NCBI RefSeq assembly: GCF_032191835.1
Contig: NC_083231.1
Coordinates: 97,030,001-97,094,000, forward strand
DNA: 64,000 bases
Direction: 5' to 3'
Source: Heteronotia binoei
Taxonomy: Eukaryota
Each line of letters begins with the position of its first letter. Position 1 is the stretch's first letter. Positions 38,319-49,818 of this stretch are shown here, piece by piece. The notes under the pieces are model-generated. The model was given only the letters and a program-made list of their open reading frames with translations. It made no database searches and was not told where the DNA came from. The position numbers and the translations under genes are program-made.

Positions 38319-40518
38319 CAACGGGTTAATTTTAATGGTTTCAGAATGTGTTCTTATCATGTATGTTTTAAATTCTTAGATCCCTTAGTAGCCCTTCTAA
38401 GGGCAGAAGGGTGGGATACACATTTTGTAAAAATATATAACTGTTCAGGAGCTGCTGCAATTGAATTGCAGCCTCAAAGCAGTGGTGACGTATGCAAGTG
38501 GCAATCATGTGCTCTATTTGGATCACTCATTATTTACAAACGTTGTATCAGTGCCAATAGTCTTCATGTGGTATAGCTTGCCATGGGAAGTAATCATGTG
38601 ATCTGGACAACCACAAGAGTACCACTTGCATGCTTTTAGCCACAACATGGAGTCCCTACCATGTACAAGCAGGTTTTTTGGCAGTAGCCGTACAAAAGCA
38701 GGAACTGGGCCACAGTCAATTCTGGTAGTGGTGGGGATTTTCTGAATCTATTCTCTGTGAGAACAAAATAAGTATAATAATTTTCACAGGGTTAAAAATG
38801 GGTTGTAGAATAATGAACTATTTGTGTAAGCAAAATCAAATCTGCTAGTTAATATTCAATTCATGTTTCTGTAACTGAAGGAACTGTTTGTTTAAAAATA
38901 TCTATTTCTGGAAAAGGGTGTTTTATCAAAAAATGATTGTACATCATTTGGTGCTTAACTCAAATTTATACGCAAGCAAATGAAGACTGGCAAAATCTGA
39001 CTGTATCTTGATTAGCAGTTAGTGCTGCTCTGACTATCCCAGTGGACTGGCCTGCGTTTAGTCGGCATGGAGCCCCAGTGACCACACTATGGATAAGCAG
39101 GACTTGTGCAAAGCAAAGCTATGACTGCCACTCCATCACTGAACTCCAGAATGGAAACAATGCTAATGGTATGCAAATATAGTCAAATTACCTAAAAACT
39201 GGAAAGTGGAAATGTAAAAATGCCTATCATTACCCTGTCAAAATTAATCAGCAAAACAGCTGTTTACACAAGCCAAGGTTTGCTAAGTGCTTCTTTGAGG
39301 TGGGGGAGTTAAAATACATGCAACCCTGTCAATATTTAGATGTTAAGATGTCCATAATAAAAACACAAGTCTTCTATAGCTAATGTTGGAGTCTTACTCA
39401 ATGCCATTTTTGGAGTAGCAGAATAATGCACTATTTGTCTCAACAACATGCATAAAACATCAAGAGAGACATCAAAGGAATGATGAACATATATTGCAAT
39501 GGACTAGCCCTTTGTAAGTGTGGAATACTGATTTGGGCCTATAGATATGTAATAGCCACATTACGTAGAAGCCACCACCAAACAGTGAGCTATTAGCATA
39601 TCAGTTCATCACATACACAGAGAGATTTGCTTCCTAATATACTGAAATGATCCTAGTAGCCATTGTTTGATCTCAGCCCTTGAGTAGATTTTGGGAGAAT
39701 TTTCCAGTGTCCCCACCTTCCAAATTTATGTAAGGTTCAGATTTCACAGTGAAAGTTACTATTTCAGGAAGTGTGGAAATGTTACCTCCTCCCTAGCCAT
39801 TACTCGCAGATTTGGTCCAGCTTCAAGGTGAAGGGAAGTGAAAGAGAAAAAGGGAATTACTCTGTTGCCCAAGCAGCTAGGATTTGCCATATTGCACTGA
39901 CAGTTCTGCTGTCTGCTACTGCTGCATGGCAAGACTTTCACCTTGAATAATCTAAGTAGTAAACTGATAGACACGATTAACTAGAGCAGAATATCAATGG
40001 GGGTGTGCATCCCATTGAAGTAAATGGATGGATTTTCACATTCAGCTATGCATCCAAAGATGGATGTTGTCTGTCCATATTGCATTACTTCCAACAGGAT
40101 GCTCCTCTCCACAACCTACTTTACCTTGACAGGTCAACCAGGCATTTATTTACTTAACATTTATAGTCCACCTTCTCACAGAGATGCAAACTGCAAATAT
40201 TTTAAAAAACCACCAACAATACAATAAAAACATAATAAAAAGAATAACCATAAAAGCTGTATAGAACATTTCCATAGCATGATTGAGTTAAGGCAATGTA
40301 GAAGTAGTCCGCATAGGCTATGTTTATGATTTCTTCAGTTGTAAACTGTGTCACAAAAGAAGTGGTTTGGGTACAGTAGAAAAGAGCAGGACTTTTTTGG
40401 AGCAGGAAGGCACAGGAACGCAGTGCTGGCTGGCTTGACCTAATATGTGGCCTAATATGCAAATGAGCCTAATATGCAAATGAGTTCCTGCTGGGCTTTT
40501 CCTACAAAAAATGCCCTG

Positions 40519-40683
40519 GAAAAGAGCAAGAGTCCAGTAGTACCTTAAAAGCTAACAAAATTTCTGGCAGGGTATGAGCTTTTGTGAATCATTGTTTATG
40601 AAAGCTTACAGCGAGCCACAAATTTTGCTAGTGCTACTGAATTCTTGCTCTTTTCTGCTGCTAAGGACAGACTAACACAGCTA
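40519..40683. mobile_element. Short Penelope-like inverted tail pair
   Basis: GAAAAGAGCAAGAGTCCAGTAGTAC ... GTGCTACTGAATTCTTGCTCTTTTC; single tails also near 21990-22085, 56225-56310 and 56913-56990. Confidence 0.6.
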
Positions 40684-41015
40684 ATGTTAATGATCTGACA
40701 CACATTCATTCCCAGGGTGGATTTCAAGTTTTTTTTTTCCTGGTATCAGTATTAACTATTGGTCTGGACCTTGTTGAACCAAAAAGAGGCTTTGTGGCAG
40801 CCAATATCTTTCACAAAGGCTGCAATAATCAACAAGGGGGGGCACATTTTATGAAACACAACAATGTTTGTACAATCCAGACTACATTTTGGTTTGATTC
40901 TACCTCTTAGAGTTGCCAACTCATTGGAAAATTCCTGGAGATTTGGAGGTGGAGCTGGGGGAGGGGAGTGACCTCAGCAGGGTATGATCCCAAGAGAGCT
41001 GCCATTTTCCCCAGG

Positions 41016-41170
41016 TAGGGCCACAGCCCTAGAGTGTCTGGTACCCTAGGCAAGACTAACTTCCGGTACCCCCTCTGCACTGATAATGTCACTGAATCAC
41101 AAGGGGGGTTGCCCAGAAGGCCGGTGCCTTAGGCAGTCACCTAGTTTGCTTAGTGGTGGGGCTGTCCCTG
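41016..41170. mobile_element. Nested hAT MITE (CAGGGC family)
   Basis: TSD TCCCCAGG / TCTCCAGG; free relative at 18536-18703. Confidence 0.75.
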
Positions 41171-41252
41171 TCTCCAGGGGAACTGTTCTTTGTTCCTTGG
41201 ACATCAATTTTAATCCTGGGAGAACTCCAGGCCCCATTTGGAGGTTGGCAAA

Positions 41253-41591
41253 CAGTGTTCCCTCTAAGCTGAGTTACTGTGAGCTAGTAACTCACAGTTT
41301 TAGCCTCCAGCTTACACAATTTTGTTTCAGCTCAGGAAAAATAGCCCCACAGCAAACTAATTGGTGCAGTAGTTCAGGGGTGGCCAACGGTAGCTCTCCA
41401 GATGTTTTTTGCCTACAACTCCCATCAGCTCCAGCCATTGGCCATGCTGGCTGGGGCTGATGGGAGTTGTAGGCAAAAACATCTGGAGAGCTACCATTGG
41501 CCACCCCTGCAGTAGTTCACAAGTTTAATGCCAGTAGCTCAACAGGGTAGAATTTTTGCTCACAAGGCTCCACAGCTTAGAGGGAACATTG
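41253..41591 (-). mobile_element. Nested hAT MITE (CAGTGTTCCCTCTAAGCTG family)
   Basis: TIRs CAGTGTTCCCTCTAAGCTG / CAGCTTAGAGGGAACATTG; TSD TTGGCAAA / TTGGTAAC duplicates part of the outer element's right TIR. Confidence 0.8.
41375..41509. mobile_element. Innermost 135-bp fold-back hAT MITE
   Basis: Near-perfect palindrome CAGGGGTGGCCAAC...TTGGCCACCCCTG; perfect TSD CAGTAGTT. Confidence 0.88.
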
Positions 41592-43628
41592 TTGGTAACT
41601 CTACTATCTCTAGCTGTAACTATGGCTCCTTAATACACCTGTGGAATAGTACCAGAGATGCTTCATATGACATTAGCTCACCCCCTGTAACACACACGCG
41701 GAAAACTGGGAGTGAATATTGCAACTATACAGGTGAAACTAATTTTGTGAATCTTTGCCAACCAATTACCACCCCACTGGGAGAGTAATGATTTGATGAC
41801 AAACATTCATGTGATCAGCCCAGATTTGCAGTATTCACATATGATCCTTAGCGATCTGAGTTTACATCATGAGGAAGCAGCTCCTGAGCTGCTAAATGTG
41901 TAAGCAGAGAGAGATAATGGCTTTTGCATTTGCAAATTCATCTCAGCTATTCAGCTGCATGAAGTTCTATTTATGAAAAAGAGAAGAAAAACTCCTGACA
42001 ATTTAGAAGCCTGAATTATACTTACAAATGCATTTCGCATGAAATAGCTTGCTATGAAGTATACCTGCAGGCCCATTTTAGCTTCAGTTTTCCATATGCT
42101 TTTCTTCCAGTGTCACAAAGGGATCACTGGTGCAAGCATATTGTAGAATTGAAACTGGGGCATGTCACACGATGCTAGGGCATACGGCGGACCATAGAGC
42201 AGCTGCTAGACAGCCTCAATAAAACTCTTTTTACTGATGTGCTGCAATTGCAAAGGACTCAAATCCAGGAAGAAAGCTGGGTGCAGCAAGGGAATTCTAA
42301 TGCCATGGGTCATGCTCTGCTCCCTTGATTACCTTTTATAGTTCATTTTTCTAGACACCAGATATACCTTACTCTTACGTTACCTGGAAATGAAGGCAGA
42401 CTAAAAGATGAAAGAGTTCACTGACATAGCTATTTCATATATAGTGGAATTTGACTTTTCCATTGATTTTGATGAACTGAAATGGTCTTGTGACTATTAC
42501 AGTTCTGTAATTGTGCAGTTAAACATGTGGAACAAAAGTTAGAATCTTCCTTCTCTCCCCTTTAACTAAATTTAAGTACATTTTGAACACTGTTCAGGCA
42601 GTAGGTTATATTGGAGAGACATCTAATATCCCTTTGTAAATGCTATTTTGCTACTGTAAACATGAAGCTTCATGTTATATTACAAATGATATAATCTTTT
42701 TAGAATATATGTCAACAACATCATTCCCAATGATTTCAATACTTCCAATTCATCCTCTTGTTTCTGTGCTAGGTAAAGGTACAAGGGTAGACTGATACAC
42801 TTCTCACGTTATTACTGATATACTTCTTACTGATTTACTTAATAAAGATTTCTTATGACATGTAAACTACAGCCCACTTATCAGATGCAAAAAGTGTATC
42901 CTATACTGGTACACACGTATATGTGTACAAATATAAAATTACAAAATTGGCAGGTGGAATCTTTGTCCAGCCTGATCAGAGACAAACAAAATCTGGTGCT
43001 ATCTGGCCATGATCGTTAGGTAGTACACTAAGTTTGTGTAGAGAAAAGGAGATTTCCCCAGTGGATATCACAGAAGCTTTCAAGATCATCAGCAACACTA
43101 AGGGAGGCCATTTTGTTATCACTGTCGCCTCATAGCCTTTACCAGTCACCCCTGTCTTTTTTTGTTTTCAAATAAATCTTATCTTTATTGTCAGCTAGAA
43201 AAGTGGCATCAATAACAAAACAAACAATTAATGCCATTTGGGATTCTTGACTGGATTAGTCTTTTTTTTTTTTTTAACACTGCTCTAAAATAGAAGTTGT
43301 AGTGTGAGACTAATATAGGTGTAGATCACAGAGCTAATTGTTGCCAATCTCCTCCCTATTACCTAATGGAAATCAGCTCTTTAGCACCATTGTTTAGCCT
43401 GTGGGAAAAAGGGAATCAACTTACCCTGTGACTAGGGAGGAGGAAGGGAAAGGGGAAAGGTTACCTCTCCTAACATGGAATTCACATCTCAAGGAAATTC
43501 ATCCACATGGGCAAATGTCTAACAGAATCCCAGAAATTGGCAGAATTACTATCATGGGTACTTTCTCTGTTATTCTAACATAAATGGAGCCCTGACCTGG
43601 ATGACCCAGGAGAGCCTGATCTCACCAC

Positions 43629-44075
43629 TAGGGATGGGCATGGATCAGGAAAATGCTGTTTGGTTTGGTTCTTGGACATGGCTGAACCATGAACCAAACC
43701 AAACCAAACCAGGAAGTTTGTGGCTCTTGGTCCCTCAGATCCTGTTGAAAGGGACTGAAACCCTTTAAACAGTGTTCACACAAAGCTTGAGAAACAGCTG
43801 AGTGACGGGGAGCAGCTTGCTGTTTCAGACTTGTTCAGTCCCTTTAAATAGTTGAGCGGCAGGGAGTGCTTCCTTGCTGCTCAGCTGTTTTTGTGGCTTT
43901 TGCAGGAAACAGAAAGCAGGAGTCCTTTTAAACCTCTTCCTGCTCCATCCACAAGTCACCATGAACCATGGAAGTTTGCAATGGTAGAATTGTCATGAAC
44001 TTCTGTTCATGAACCATAATAAGGGCAAAATTTGTGATGAATTTTGCTTCATGGTTTGGTTTGTGCCCATCCCTC
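43629..44075. mobile_element. hAT-like MITE (TAGGGATGGGCA TIR) inserted in a 5S SINE head
   Basis: TAGGGATGGGCA / TGCCCATCCCT; degenerate TSD CTCACCAC / CTCATCAT. Confidence 0.65.
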
Positions 44076-45370
44076 CTCATCATATCTTGGAAGCTAAGCA
44101 AGTTAGACATATTTTATTTATTTATTTATTTATTTTATATCCCTCCCTCCCCACCGAAGCAGGCTCAGGGCAGCTCACAACAACAAAATAAAACAATCGA
44201 TTTAAAAATAGCATGACATTAATATGGCAATTTAAAAATCAATAATTAAAGGCTTAGTACTTGGGATAGGAAACCACTAAGGAAGTCCAGAGTTGTTAAA
44301 CAGAGGCAGACAATGGCAAATTACTTCATCTCTTGCCTTGAAAATCCTTTTGGGTCTCCAGAAGTTGGCTGCCACTTGATAGAACTTTCCATCATCAATG
44401 TAAATGTGTTGTTTTTTAAAAGGTGCAATCCTAAACAGTGTGTCTTCAATGGACTTAGAAAAGTGTCACTCTACTTAGGACAGCACTGTAAATCACCATG
44501 TGTTTATTATGCTGGCGTTTCCTCTCCTGTTCACTTCTACAAAAACCCAATCAACAAGCAATCTGCTCTCACAAGCAGTATTAACCTTGTGGTCACAAAT
44601 GTGCAGATCATCTTCTGAAAATTGCCGGGGGGTGGGTGAGGATCACAACTTCCAGTTTTCTACTCCACAGAACGGAAGAGGCAGTCTTCTCCACGTGGCT
44701 TGTTCTAAGCAGGGTTTTTGTCTCCTTAACTACCTTGCTTACTTCCACTCAAACTGATGCCTGTTATTTGCTTATGCAGCCAGAGCCCCTTAGGGCAGCA
44801 AGGAGAAACCAAAGGAGAGGCTGGCAGCCAAGAAGAACAGGTCAGGCTACAGGAGAAATGAGAAAACTAAAGCAACAGCTCACTTCAACAGGAGCTCTCT
44901 TTTTAATTTCTGAATAGTTGGTTATTTCTGAGTAATTGTCATTAAAATAGGATAATTTTAACAAGCCAACCACCCTATGAATACTCCCAGCTGGAATACT
45001 AAACAAACAAGAGGAGGGTGATCTGAGTCTCACTGGGAACTGTGGAAAGTGGGAGTTCCCACACGCCTTAGAGAACATGCCATGCAGGTGCACCGCACAA
45101 AGCTCTGCTCTATTTTAACGCAGAAAATTTGTACTTGCCATAGCAACTGCCACCTCCTGCGATACATCTCCTGTGGTGGCACCTTTGAGATGTGACACGC
45201 CTCCTCAGTGAGGTGCTTTCAGCAGCCCATCATGCAAATACGACTATTTTCCACAACATTTGTGTGCAGGCGTAATTTGATGTCTCAGCAGAGCCTTAAA
45301 TGCTCAGATCCATGCAGGCGTCCCAAAAGACAATCTGTGGAATGTGCACCTTGAAACTGCTTAACCTGAC

Positions 45371-45695
45371 TGTAGTGTATGGCGTTCGTAGAACGCCATC
45401 ATTCAAGACAGCGCGACCATTTCGTTATAACGTACCATCGATAAAGCGTTAGTCCGCTAAAGCCGCGGAGGCAAAGGTGACAACCAGATGCCTCCGCGAA
45501 GAGCGCTGGTCATCCGCCAATCACAGTGAGTGGCGGGAAATACGGCTGGCCAGCATTGGACTGGCCAGCAGGGTGAATAGTTCCGGAGCTGTATATATGC
45601 GGGACCCGGCCCGCGTGTTCTCTCTCTTACCTCGTGTTTGTACCATGCAATAAACTATGTTGCCCGACTCGCGTCTCTCAGACTGGTACATAATA
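45371..45695 (+). repeat. 5' LTR (325 bp)
   Basis: Starts TGTAGTGTATGG directly after the TSD; ends GGTACATAATA, one base before the PBS; direct repeat of 49819-50143. Confidence 0.96.
45516..45654 (+). promoter_or_regulatory. LTR Pol II signals: CCAAT box, TATA box, polyA signal
   Basis: CCAAT at about 45517, TATATA at 45592-45597, AATAAA at 45649-45654; same in the 3' LTR at +4448. Confidence 0.65.
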
Positions 45696-45696
45696 G

Positions 45697-45714
45697 TGGC
45701 GACGAAGGTGGGAT
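45697..45714 (+). promoter_or_regulatory. Primer-binding site, complementary to the 3' end of tRNA-Ser(GCU)
   Basis: TGGCGACGAAGGTGGGAT is the reverse complement of ...AUCCCACCUUCGUCG-CCA, a vertebrate tRNA-Ser(GCU) 3' end as recalled. Confidence 0.8.
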
Positions 45715-45809
45715 CTTAGCCCTTCGGCAAGGGCTACGAAGGAGACTCACGGGCAACCCGTCGTCCCGTCGCTTCATCGCTGAATCGCTACTTCGCAACA
45801 ACCGCCGCC

Positions 45810-47876
45810 ATGGCCAGTCCCAGCGGGAACACCGGTCACATCGAAGCTTTCGACCATACGAATCCCGAGGGATGGGAATCCTATTCGGAGAGGGTCGATT
45901 GCTACCTGAGGGCGAATCGAGTAACCGAGGACGGCATGAAGCGGGACGTGCTCCTGAGCGTCTGCGGGGCCGCCACCTTCGAGATCGCAAAGGGTCTCTC
46001 GGCGCCCGCCCGCCTCACGGAGAAAACGTACACGGAGGTCGTCCGCCTCCTCACGGGCCATTTCCTGCCGCAGCCGTCGCGGGTGGCCCGACGGTTCCTC
46101 TTCCACAAGAGGGACCAGGCCCAGGGAGAATCCGCTGCAGACTACCTAGCCGCCCTGCGCCAGATCGCCGGAAGCTGCAACTTCCCGAATTTGGAAGAGA
46201 CCTTGGCCGACTGGTTCGCTTGGGGCCTCCGCGACGAGAGGCTCCAGCAAAAGCTCTTCGCAAAGGAAGAGCTCACGCTTCAGGGCGCCTTCAGCGAGGC
46301 CGTGGCCTTCGAGCGCACCTCCCGGACGTTCCCCAGGGCCAAGTCGGAAGCCGTCCACCACGAGGAGCTGGACCCCCATCACCAGGACGAAGGAGAAGCG
46401 CTCCAGCTGCACCACTCTACAAGACCAGCCTCCCGAGCCCCACAACGGCCCCGGGCGAACGAAAGATCGAACCAACGCAACAACGAAGGAGCGAACTGCG
46501 CCAGTTGCGGCGACCCCCACGACCGGCGGGACTGCAAGTACAGGACCTGGGACTGCAGGAGCTGCGGGAAGACCGGTCACATAGCGCGGGCTTGCCGAGC
46601 CAAGTCCCACCGCCCGCGGCCAACCACGCACCACGAGGCCGCCGAGTCCCACTCCACGGCCTCCACCACGCTACAGGTACTGAACCTGCCCCTGGCCACC
46701 CCCAACAAGATTAAGGTGTCGGTCCGCATAGAGGGGGCCCCCTGCCTCATGGAGGTGGACTCGGGCTCCTCCATCTCCATAATTGCGGAGGAGACCCTGA
46801 GGCAGTTACACCCCGGCTACAAAGGACAGCTGCGGCCGGCCGACTTTGTACTGCGGGACTTTCAGAAAAACCCGGTCCAGATCGCGGGGTGGGCGAGGGT
46901 GCACGTGGAGCGAGGGTCCTTCAGAGGCCCGCTAGATATCCTGGTAGTCAAGCGACCACTGGCGACCTTGTTGGGCCTCACGTGGTTCGGCCCCTTAGGA
47001 ATCAGAGTTGAGGTGTCACAAACGGCCATAGCCGGTGGGTTCGGGGAGGTGTGCCGAGAATTCCCAGAGGTTTTTGACGGGTCGTTGGGTAGCTACAAGG
47101 GCCCGGCCATTTCCCTGCCGCTCGACCCTACGGTCAGACCAACCCGGCTTAAGGCAAGGAGAGTCCCCTTCGCCCTAAAACCAAAAATCGAGGCTGAGCT
47201 GGACCGCCTAGTAGCACAAGGGGTCCTAGAGCCGGTCGATTACGCCATGTGGGAAACCCCCATAGTGACTCCGGTCAAACCGAATGGGGACGTGAGGATT
47301 TGTGCCGACTACAAGTGCACAATCAACAAGGCGCTCCAGGATAATCCCTACCCAGTGCCGGTTGTCAGCCACATCCTGGCCGCCCTTGCGGGGTCCAAAA
47401 TTTTCGGGAAGCTGGACTTGGCACAAGCCTACCAGCAGCTTCCGGTGGACACCAAAACGGCCGAGGCACAGACGATTGTGACCCATAGGGGGGCGTTCAA
47501 GGTGAACCGGCTACAGTTTGGGGTCAGCGTAGCTCCGGGGATCTTCCAGAGTATAATGGACGCTCTCCTCAAAGGGATCCCAGGAGTCCAGCCCTTTTTC
47601 GACGACGTTTTAATCGCCGCCCCGAACCCTGAGGAGTTCAGCAACCGTCTCAGGGAGGTGCTCCGTCGTTTCCAAACAGCTGGACTTAAGGTGAAGAGGG
47701 AGAAGTGTTTGCTGGGGGTACCGCGGGTGGAGTTCCTAGGATTCGCCGTGGACGCAGAGGGAATCCACCCGACCGAGGAGAAAACCAGGGCCATCGTACA
47801 AGCCCCGGTCCCCATGTGTAAAGCGGAGCTACAGAGCTTCCTGGGGGTGCTCAACTTTTATCACACGTTCATACCC
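45810..47876 (+). CDS. Gypsy gag-pol polyprotein, N-terminal part (gag, two zinc knuckles, aspartic protease, RT)
   Basis: ATG in perfect Kozak context GCCGCCATGG; CASCGDPHDRRDC and CRSCGKTGHIARAC knuckles; protease MEVDSGSS; RT motifs RICADYK, KLDLAQAYQQL, LQFG, FFDD, EFLG. The reading frame slips at 47874-47876 and the tracked ORF runs on out of frame to 47972. Confidence 0.93.
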
Positions 47877-49807
47877 ACAAAGCGGCCATCGCGGAACCCC
47901 TACACCGGTTACTGGACAAAAAAGCTCCTTGGGTGTGGGGGAAGAAGCAAGCCGCTGCGTTCCAGGCAGTGAAGGACGTCCTGGTCTCTAACGCGGTGCT
48001 TCACCACTTCGACGAGCGCCTTCCGGTCATTCTGGCATGCGATGCATCGCCGTACGGGGTGGGCGCTGTTCTGGGGCACCAACTATCGGACGGCCGGGAG
48101 GTACCGGTCGCCTACTATTCCCGCACCTTAACGTCAGCGGAGCGTAATTACGCTCAAATAGACAAGGAAGCCCTGGCGATCGTAGCAGGGGTTCACAAAT
48201 TTAACGATTATTTGTACGGTCGCAAGTTCACGATAGCGACCGACCACAAGCCTCTCTTGGGTCTGCTAGCCCCAGACCGTCAAACCCCCCAAATCTTGTC
48301 CCAGAGGGTGTTGAGATGGAACCAATTCCTAAATTCATACACCTACACACTGGTACACAGGGCGGGCAAGGCGATGGGCCATGCCGATGCACTCAGTCGT
48401 TTACCGCTGCCAGACACGGGGCCCGACCCAGCACCAGCCCACCAGGTGATGTCCATAGAGGCACTCCCTGACCAGCCCATACACGCTGCCGAAGTGGCAA
48501 AGGCCACAGGGAAAGACAAAACCCTAGCGAGGGTGCTCGACTGGGTGGTGAGGGGGTGGCCAGAGAGGGACCTGGGGGGAGAGTTCAAACCATACAAAAT
48601 GAGGCGGGAGGAACTCGCGGCCCACAAGGGGTGCCTGCTATGGGGGAGCCGGGTGGTGGTTCCCCCTCCCCTTCAGAAAAGGGTCCTTGCATCACTACAT
48701 GAAACGCACCCGGGCATTGTGAGGATGAAGGCCCTAGCCAGGAGCTATGTGTGGTGGCCGGGGATGGACAGAGAAATAGAGGACTGGGTCCGGAGATGCA
48801 GTGCGTGCCAGGAATCGCGGCCGGACCCACCCAGCGCCCCGGCCACAAGGTGGGAAACCACAAGGAAACCCTGGTCCAGGCTCCACATAGACTTCGCGGG
48901 GCCATTCCAGGGGCAGATATTCCTTATAATCGTGGACGCCTACACAAAATGGTTAGAGGTCCTCCCTGTAGCATCCACCTCCTCAGCAGCCGCCATCCGA
49001 GCCCTGCGCTGGGTCCTGTGCACCCACGGCATCCCAGACACCCTGGTCTCGGACAACGGGGCCGCCTTCACCTCGGGAGAGTTCCAGGCCTTCCTACAGA
49101 GGTACCTCATAAGGCACATCAGGTCGGCCCCCTTTCACCCCGCCACCAACGGCCAAGCCGAGCGGATGGTCCGCACCACCAAAGAGGCCCTGGGCAGGAT
49201 CGTGCAGGGCGACTGGGATCACAGGCTGGCCGCATTCCTATTCGACAACAGGGTCATCCCAAACCCTGTCACAGGGATCAGTCCAGCAGAGCTCCTCATG
49301 GGGCGCAAGCTCACCACAAGGCTAGACAGACTACACCCCGACCGAGCCTCTGACACACGAGGGTCCCCAGAGGTCCGCGAGGCAGCCAGGGGGTTCTTTG
49401 CCGGGGATCCAGTGTTCGCCCGCAACTACGCCTCGGGACCCGAGTGGGTGGCTGGGCGGGTGCTACGGGTCGTGGGCTCCCGTCACTATGAAGTATCCAC
49501 TGAGGGGGGCCAGATCCTACGCCGGCACATCGACCAGATGCGCCGCAGGACCCTACCCGAAGCACCCACAGAAGCAAGGGGGGCAGCCCAACCCGAGGAG
49601 CCTACCACAACCCTGCCGCCATCCATGACGCTGCCCCCTCCCGCAGGGCCAAACCAAGCCCCCGAACTCGGCCAGCAACACTCGGATGCTCAGGCTCCCG
49701 AGGAGACGCCGGGGCCCGAAGCCACCACGACTCCGCAGGCCACCCCCCGACGTTCGACTCGAGAGCGCCGGCCTCCCGCCTACCTCCAGGACTATGTTAC
49801 TAACTAA
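47877..49807 (+). CDS. Gypsy pol C-terminal part (RT connection, RNase H, integrase)
   Basis: After a -1 shift: (H)KAAIAEPLHRLL, RNase H LACDASPYGVGAVL/KEALA/TDHKPL, integrase zinc finger LHETH...CSAC, catalytic LHIDF, SDNG, NGQAERMV; Pro/Thr-rich tail; TAA at 49805-49807. Confidence 0.93.
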
Positions 49808-49818
49808 GGGGGGAGGAG
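49806..49818 (+). promoter_or_regulatory. Polypurine tract
   Basis: AAGGGGGGAGGAG abuts the 3' LTR and overlaps the pol stop codon TAA (49805-49807). Confidence 0.9.

Larger units (their letters stand above)
40908..41603. mobile_element. hAT MITE (TAG(A/G)GTTGCCAA family) carrying three nested MITEs
   Basis: TIR TAGAGTTGCCAA / TTGGTAACTCTA; 8-bp TSD CTACCTCT / CTATCTCT. Confidence 0.8.

Noticed and set aside
45087-45348. Possible Harbinger-like MITE next to the Gypsy insertion
   Set aside because: Terminal inverted match (AGGTGCAC) is short and no TSD is evident.
45638-46714. 358-aa alternative-frame ORF overlapping gag, plus several antisense ORFs in the element
   Set aside because: Starts at TTG in the LTR; Arg/Pro/Gly-rich composition is what a GC-rich shadow frame gives; no recognisable motif.
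47860-47972. Programmed -1 ribosomal frameshift
   Set aside because: No slippery heptamer; the position inside RT and restoration by one C point to an indel.
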